32,000 nucleotides of DNA from Phycisphaera mikurensis NBRC 102666 (lineage in GTDB: Bacteria; Planctomycetota; Phycisphaerae; Phycisphaerales; Phycisphaeraceae): contig NC_017080.1 of assembly GCF_000284115.1 (NCBI RefSeq), positions 3,630,001 through 3,662,000 of the forward strand, read 5' to 3'. Below are positions 27,223-32,000 of the stretch, piece after piece. Each line of letters begins with the position of its first letter. The stretch's first letter is position 1. The notes under the pieces were generated by a model, which did no database searches, was not told the DNA's origin, and saw nothing but the letters and a program-made list of their open reading frames with translations. The position numbers and the translations under genes are program-made.

Positions 27223-28611
27223 ATGCCCCCGACTTCCGCCCGAGCCGAGGCAGAACCCGGCGGCGGGAGCCACCTGCCGGTCCTGCGCCACGGGCTGGCC
27301 AGCGACGCGGGGCGGCGGCGGCTGTGCAACGAGGACGCGGCCGTGGCGGACGCCCGGCGCGGGCTGTTCGTCGCCTGCGACGGCATCGGCGGGCAGGCCG
27401 CCGGCGAAGCGGCCAGCAACCTGTGCTGCCGCGCGATCGGCCACCGGCTCAGCCGCCGGCTGCGGGGCCGCCGCAGCCTCGACCCGCGGACGCTCAAGCA
27501 GCTGCTCATCGAGACCGCCGTCGAGACCAGCGACCAGCTGCACCGGCTGGCCGCGCCCCTGCCGGCGCTCGCGGGCATGGGCTGCACCCTCGTCGCGGCG
27601 CTGGTCGACGCGCGATCCGCCTACGTGCTGCACGCGGGCGACTCGCGTGCCTACCTGCTGCGGGAGCGGACGCTGCGCCCGCTCACCCGCGATCACACCC
27701 GCACCGTCCCGCGGCGTAGCGTGCCCGGCGGCGGCGGCGGCGGCCCGTCGTACGCGGCGGGCGGGGGCGAGGGCGAGCGGCGGCTGCTGCTGGAATATCT
27801 CGGCAGCACGAAGACGCTGGCCCCGGACGCGTCGATCGTCCCGCTCGAGGCCGGCGACCGGCTGCTGCTGTGCACCGACGGGCTGACCGATCCCGTGGGC
27901 GACGCGAAGATCGAGCACTTGCTCGGCGGCCGGCTGGACCCCGGCGGCGCCGCGGCGTCGCTGGTGGACGCGGCCAACGCCGCCGGCGGGCCGGACAACG
28001 TGACCGCCGTCGTGATCGACTACGGCGGCGCCCGCCCCGTGGTGCCGGCGGACCGCGTGCGGGGCGAGCGGACGCCCATCCGCCAGCCGGATGGTCTCAC
28101 CGGCCGCTTCCACGCGGCGCTGCTTGCTGTGGAGGCGGCGCTCGAAGCCCACGCGCGCGACGCCGCCGCCCTCGCCGCCGCCCCGCCGCTGAGCCGGCTC
28201 TCCGCGGCGCGGCGGTGCCTGGGCGAGAGCTGGTACCGCGGCGTGATCGAGCGGGACGACCCGACCGTCGATCGGCCCGCCGCGGCCTTCCACGCCGCCC
28301 GCGCCGATCCCGGCGGCGCTTGGCGGCGGGACCACGCCACGCGCCTCGAGGCGCTCGCCCCGATGCTGGAGCTGATCACCGGCGGCAGCGTCCGGCTCTC
28401 GCCGCTGCTGCCCGGCGACGAGACCGCCGAGGTCTACCGCCGCCTCTGGCACCAGTGGCGCGAGGTGGAGCGTCGCTACTTCCTCGCCTTCGCGGGCGAC
28501 GCGGCGGACGCACCCGATGCGGAGGTCGCCGCGATGCTCACCCGGCACATGGCCGACGCGGTGCGGACCATGCGGGAGCTGCTGGTCTTCCTGCCGCAGT
28601 TCCTGCGGTGA
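27223..28611 (+). CDS. PP2C-type Ser/Thr protein phosphatase with uncharacterised C-terminal extension
   Basis: GLASDAGRRRLCNEDAAVADARRGLFVACDGIGGQAAGEAAS, VLHAGDSRAYLLRE, LLLCTDGLTD, GGPDNVTAVVIDY; about 170 further residues follow. Confidence 0.88.
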   Translation: MPPTSARAEAEPGGGSHLPVLRHGLASDAGRRRLCNEDAAVADARRGLFVACDGIGGQAAGEAASNLCCRAIGHRLSRRLRGRRSLDPRTLKQLLIETAVETSDQLHRLAAPLPALAGMGCTLVAALVDARSAYVLHAGDSRAYLLRERTLRPLTRDHTRTVPRRSVPGGGGGGPSYAAGGGEGERRLLLEYLGSTKTLAPDASIVPLEAGDRLLLCTDGLTDPVGDAKIEHLLGGRLDPGGAAASLVDAANAAGGPDNVTAVVIDYGGARPVVPADRVRGERTPIRQPDGLTGRFHAALLAVEAALEAHARDAAALAAAPPLSRLSAARRCLGESWYRGVIERDDPTVDRPAAAFHAARADPGGAWRRDHATRLEALAPMLELITGGSVRLSPLLPGDETAEVYRRLWHQWREVERRYFLAFAGDAADAPDAEVAAMLTRHMADAVRTMRELLVFLPQFLR

Positions 28612-28631
28612 GAGCCCGCCGGGAGGGTTCT

Positions 28632-29009
28632 CTAGAGCAGGCCGAGGTGCAGCTGCGCCTCGTCGCTCATCATGCTCTTGTCCCAGGCGGGCTCCCACAC
28701 GAGCACGACGTGCGCGTGGTCGATGCCGTCCACCGACTCGGCGGCCTGCTGCACCTGCACCGGCAGGCTCTGGGCCTCGGGGCAGTTGGCGCTGGTGAGC
28801 GTCATGCGGATGACGCAGGAACGCGAAGCCGCACTCGGCCGGATCTCGTAGATGAGGCCGAGGTCGTAGAGGTTCACGGGGATCTCGGGGTCGTGGACCT
28901 CCTGGATCCGCGCCTTGATCTGCTCGACGAGGCCGGCGCCCTCCGGCGCCGGAGCGGCCGCCGGCATGCGGCGCTGGAGCTTCGCTTCGCCGGAATCGTG
29001 GATGCGCAT
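28632..29009 (-). CDS. MIP18/DUF59-family iron-sulfur assembly protein (SufT-like)
   Basis: IKARIQEVHDPEIPVNLYDLGLIYEIRP...CVIRMTLTSANCPEAQSLPVQVQQA...HVVLVWEPAWDKSMMSDEAQLHLGLL. Confidence 0.85.
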   Translation of the reverse strand: MRIHDSGEAKLQRRMPAAAPAPEGAGLVEQIKARIQEVHDPEIPVNLYDLGLIYEIRPSAASRSCVIRMTLTSANCPEAQSLPVQVQQAAESVDGIDHAHVVLVWEPAWDKSMMSDEAQLHLGLL

Positions 29010-29014
29010 GGGGG

Positions 29015-29020
29015 AGCGTA
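29015..29020 (-). promoter_or_regulatory. Putative -10 (TACGCT) 5 nt before ATG at 29009
   Basis: Reverse strand reads CCCG-TACGCT-CCCCC-ATG. Confidence 0.45.
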
Positions 29021-29215
29021 CGGGCGGGGGCGCAGATCGCCGGGTCGGAGGTCGATCCAAAGAGGGCTCCGAGGACGCAGAGAGCGTCGAAGACGCGGAC
29101 GGAGGCAAAGAAGAAGTTGCTGGAAGGCGAAGGGCAAGCGTCGGGCGGATCCGCCCTCCGCCCCCGTCTGCCTCCTCGGTTCGCTCGGCCCTGTCCTCCT
29201 CCGCGTCCGCCCGCG

Positions 29216-31519
29216 CTATCTGCGGCTTGCCTCGCCCGGGCCCGGGCACCGGAAGCGTGCCGCCGCGGCGCCGCCGTGCACGTCGACGGTGGAGACGGTG
29301 ACGGTCTCGCGGCGGGCGAGCAGGAAGCCGGCGGCGGCGGCGGCGAGGGGCGCCACGCTGAAGAGGCGGCCGAAGCGGCCGCGGAGCGGGTCGGCGTGGG
29401 CGGCGGAGGCGCCGGCCCGGGACCGGGCGGCGGTGCGGGCGGCGCCCAGGGCGCGGCCATCCGGAAGCGGGTGGGCGGGCGAGGCGGCGAGGGCGAGGGC
29501 ACCGGACACACCTTCGAGGGTGGCGTAAGCGTGAGCACCGCGCGCCTCGGCCTCGTCGCGACGCTCGAGCACGAGCGTGACCGCGCCCTCGGAGAGCGGC
29601 GGCCGGTCGCCGCCGCAGGCGGCGTAGGCGGCGGCGGTGTAGGGCGTCGCCTCCTCGGCGACGCTGACGATCGCGCGCCGCCAGCGGCCCGCGGCAAGGC
29701 GGGCGGCGGCGAAGCGGAGCGCGTCGAGGCCGGCGGTGGACGAGCCGATCACGCTCTGGCACGGGCCGGTGAGGCCCAGGTACAGCGACAGGTGGGCGGC
29801 CCCGGCGTTGGGCACGCCCTCGGCGAAGAGCACGGCGTTGGCGGTGTCGAGGCCGTGCTCGATCACGTCGCGGTGGTACTCCTCGCTGTAGCCGGCGCTG
29901 CCGTGGGCGGTGCCGAGCAGGCCGCCGGTGACGCCCGGCGCGGCACGCAGGGCGACCCCGTCGTCGGCGGCGAGGCCCGCGTCGTCGACGGCGAGCCGGG
30001 TGGCGGCGAGCGTGAGGCGGACGTACGCCGACATCCGGCGGATGCGTCGGACCTTCACGAGGCGCTCGACGGCGGCGGGATCGACCCGTGTGGGGAAGCC
30101 GCCGCCCGCCGGCGGCTCGGCATCCAGGGCGGCGCGGAACGCGTCGTTGCCGACGGCGCCGGGCAGCACGACGCCGAGACCGGTGACGACGACGCCGTTG
30201 CCGGCGGCGGCGTCGGTGTCGGCGTCGGTGTCGGCGTCGGTGTCGGCGTCGTTGCCGCGGACCGCCGGCGTCCGGGCTCCGAAACGCTCGCGGTCCGCGG
30301 CGTCCCGCCGCTCGACGACCGCGAAGGTGTTGGCACCGCCGAAGCCGATCGAGAGCGCCCCGACCGCTTCCAGCGGCGGATCGGCCGGTGCGGCGGCGCC
30401 GGTGACCAACGCCCGCGCGACCGCCGGCGACTCCACGTCGGCCGGGACGACGTTCGCGGTGGTCGGGAGCACCTGCGCCTCCAGGGCGTGCGTGGCGAGC
30501 AGCAGCTCGACGGCGCCCGCCCCGCCGAGCGTGTGGCCCAAGCGGCTCTTGAGCGCGACGACGCGGACGCCGCCGCCGCCGAGCGCGTCGCCGAACGCCT
30601 CCTCCATCGCCGCCGCCTCGCCCTGCTCGTTGCCGGGCGTGCCGGTGCCGTGGGCGCAGACCAGGCCGACCTCCGCGGGGGCCCGACCCGCCGCCCCGAG
30701 CCCGGCGCGGATCGCCCGGGCGGCGCCGCGGCCGGCGGGGTCGGGCTGGGTGAGGTGGTGGGCGTCGCTGCTCTCGCCCACGCCGGCGAGGCGGAAGCCG
30801 GCGCGGTGCCCGCGGGCCGCCGCGTCCGGGCCGCGCTCCAGCACCAGCACGCCGTAACCCTCTCCGAGCATCATGCCCCGCCGGTCGCGGGCAAAGGGAC
30901 GCACGCCGCTGCCGCTGATCAGCCGCAGCGCGTTGAAGCCGCCGTAGGCGTACTCGCTGACGGTGTCGTAGCCGCCGGCGACGACGACGTCGAGGCTGCC
31001 GTCCTCCAGCAGGTCGCGGGCGAGGCCCAGGCTCGAGAGCCCCGAGGAGCACGCCGCGCAGCCGGTGACGCCGAGGCCCTCGACGCGGACGGGCAGGCCC
31101 GCGACCGCCGCCTGCAGCACGGCGGCGCCCTGGAAGCGTCGCAGCGCGGCGGGGTCGTCCGCGCGGAGCGCCACGCCCGCGGAGCGCATCCCGTGCAGCG
31201 TCGTCCCCATGACCACGCCGATGCGGTCGGCCGGGACGTCGCCCGCGCCGATGCCCGCGTCCGCCAGCGCGGCGGCGAGCGCGTGCCGGAGGTACGCCGC
31301 CTCGCGCGGGAGGTCGTCGCGGGCGCCCCCGGGCAGGTCCGCCGCCTGGTAGCCGGTCCGCGGTCCGCCCTCGTGCGGTTCGAGCGCGGTCAGCTCCGCC
31401 GGCCCGGCCGCTCCGCCGGCGATCAGCGACGCCCACGCGGCGTCCCGGTCCGCCCCCAGCACGCAAGCGAGCGCCCGCCCGCTGATGACGATCTCGGCGG
31501 TGTCGGTCTGGGTCTCCAC
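29216..31519 (-). CDS. Fused tandem beta-ketoacyl synthase: active N-terminal KS plus degenerate C-terminal KS (chain-length-factor-like)
   Basis: KS1: VTGCAACSSGLSSLG, CAHGTGTPGNEQGEAAAMEEAFGD, VVALKSRLGHTLGGAGAVELL, SIGFGGANTFAVVE. KS2: GVVVTGLGVVLPG...GLTGPCQSVIGSSTAGLDALRFAAARL...LSEGAVTLVLERRDEAEARGA. Confidence 0.9.
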   Translation of the reverse strand: METQTDTAEIVISGRALACVLGADRDAAWASLIAGGAAGPAELTALEPHEGGPRTGYQAADLPGGARDDLPREAAYLRHALAAALADAGIGAGDVPADRIGVVMGTTLHGMRSAGVALRADDPAALRRFQGAAVLQAAVAGLPVRVEGLGVTGCAACSSGLSSLGLARDLLEDGSLDVVVAGGYDTVSEYAYGGFNALRLISGSGVRPFARDRRGMMLGEGYGVLVLERGPDAAARGHRAGFRLAGVGESSDAHHLTQPDPAGRGAARAIRAGLGAAGRAPAEVGLVCAHGTGTPGNEQGEAAAMEEAFGDALGGGGVRVVALKSRLGHTLGGAGAVELLLATHALEAQVLPTTANVVPADVESPAVARALVTGAAAPADPPLEAVGALSIGFGGANTFAVVERRDAADRERFGARTPAVRGNDADTDADTDADTDAAAGNGVVVTGLGVVLPGAVGNDAFRAALDAEPPAGGGFPTRVDPAAVERLVKVRRIRRMSAYVRLTLAATRLAVDDAGLAADDGVALRAAPGVTGGLLGTAHGSAGYSEEYHRDVIEHGLDTANAVLFAEGVPNAGAAHLSLYLGLTGPCQSVIGSSTAGLDALRFAAARLAAGRWRRAIVSVAEEATPYTAAAYAACGGDRPPLSEGAVTLVLERRDEAEARGAHAYATLEGVSGALALAASPAHPLPDGRALGAARTAARSRAGASAAHADPLRGRFGRLFSVAPLAAAAAGFLLARRETVTVSTVDVHGGAAAARFRCPGPGEASRR
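30212..30250. repeat. 12-bp tandem repeat (GTCGGTGTCGGC x3 plus GTC) encoding the (TDAD)n linker between the two KS domains
   Basis: Exact copies at 30212, 30224 and 30236; protein NDADTDADTDADTDAAAGN. Confidence 0.9.
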
Positions 31520-31526
31520 GGGCGGT

Positions 31527-32000
31527 TCAGCGGTCGGGACGTGCGGGGGGCAGCGTAGGAACGCGGTGGGCGGGGTCTGCGCGCCCTCCCGCCGCCTCGA
31601 AGCGCGGCGACAACTCCAGCCACTGCCCGGGGTTCTCGCCGATCTCGGCGGCGAGGGCGGCGGCGAGCCGGAGCATCGCTTCGCCGGGGGCGCCGGGCCG
31701 CGGGAAGGCGGCGCCGCCGGCCACGCGGATCGGCCGGTGAAGCCGGAGCTCCACGCCGCCGGGGGTCCGCACCGCGAACACCGGGACGATGGCCGCCCCC
31801 GCCATCGCGGCGAGCTTCACCGGGCCCACGGGCAGCTCGGCGGTGCCGCCGAGGAAGGGCACGCGCACGCCACGCTGCCCGGGCATCACCCGATCGGCCT
31901 GGCACAGGACCGCGGCGCCGGCTTCCAGCCGCGCGCGGAGCGCCGTCCAGACGTCCAGCGAGTCGGGCCCGCCGACGACCGCGTCGTGAACGCCCAGCCG
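31527..32000 (-). CDS. LpxL/HtrB-like lysophospholipid acyltransferase, C-terminal part (runs off window)
   Basis: Reverse frame is open to the window end: RLGVHDAVVGGPDSLDVWTALRARLEAGAAVLCQADRVMPGQRGVRVPFLGGTAELPVGPVKLAAMAGAAIVPVFAVRTPGGVELRLHRPI. Stop is 7 nt before the KS start. Confidence 0.77.
   Translation of the reverse strand, partial: RLGVHDAVVGGPDSLDVWTALRARLEAGAAVLCQADRVMPGQRGVRVPFLGGTAELPVGPVKLAAMAGAAIVPVFAVRTPGGVELRLHRPIRVAGGAAFPRPGAPGEAMLRLAAALAAEIGENPGQWLELSPRFEAAGGRADPAHRVPTLPPARPDR

Noticed and set aside
26698-29697. Long reverse-strand ORF spanning the SMP-30, PP2C and SufT-like region
   Set aside because: Crosses several well-supported genes and has no recognisable motifs.
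1-32000. tRNA, rRNA, SRP RNA (near ffh), attachment sites or prophage genes
   Set aside because: None recognised by eye; a tRNAscan-SE/Infernal run would be needed to exclude small RNAs formally.

Overview
High-GC (planctomycete/Phycisphaerae-like, judged from protein style only) chromosomal window with 21 supported protein-coding genes, two of them truncated by the window edges. Left end: a purine/allantoin catabolism block. It has a divergent allantoate amidohydrolase start that the ORF track does not list, then xdhA-xdhB-xdhC and a convergent PucG/AGXT-type aminotransferase. Next come a glycosyl hydrolase, an RND efflux pair, an IS200-like Y1-transposase/RAYT-family gene next to a perfect hairpin, a cardiolipin synthase-like PLD gene, a sugar isomerase, an NfeD-like protein, ffh, HPr, smc, dapF, acyP, an SMP-30-like gene, PP2C, a SufT/MIP18-like gene, and a fused tandem ketosynthase gene next to an LpxL-type acyltransferase. 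Three observations stand out. (1) TANNNT (-10-like) elements sit 5-7 nt in front of the start codon of eight of about 16 lead genes, suggesting widespread leaderless transcription. (2) A 17-nt G:C homopolymer abuts the putative -10 of the PLD gene, an architecture typical of a phase-variable promoter. (3) A single ORF carries an intact ketosynthase followed by a catalytically degenerate one (chain-length-factor-like), joined by an Asp/Thr/Ala repeat linker. A GTCAAGGGG/CCCCTTGAC palindrome family is also shared between the RAYT-like locus and the allC-xdhA intergenic region. All calls come from reading the sequence; no searches were run.
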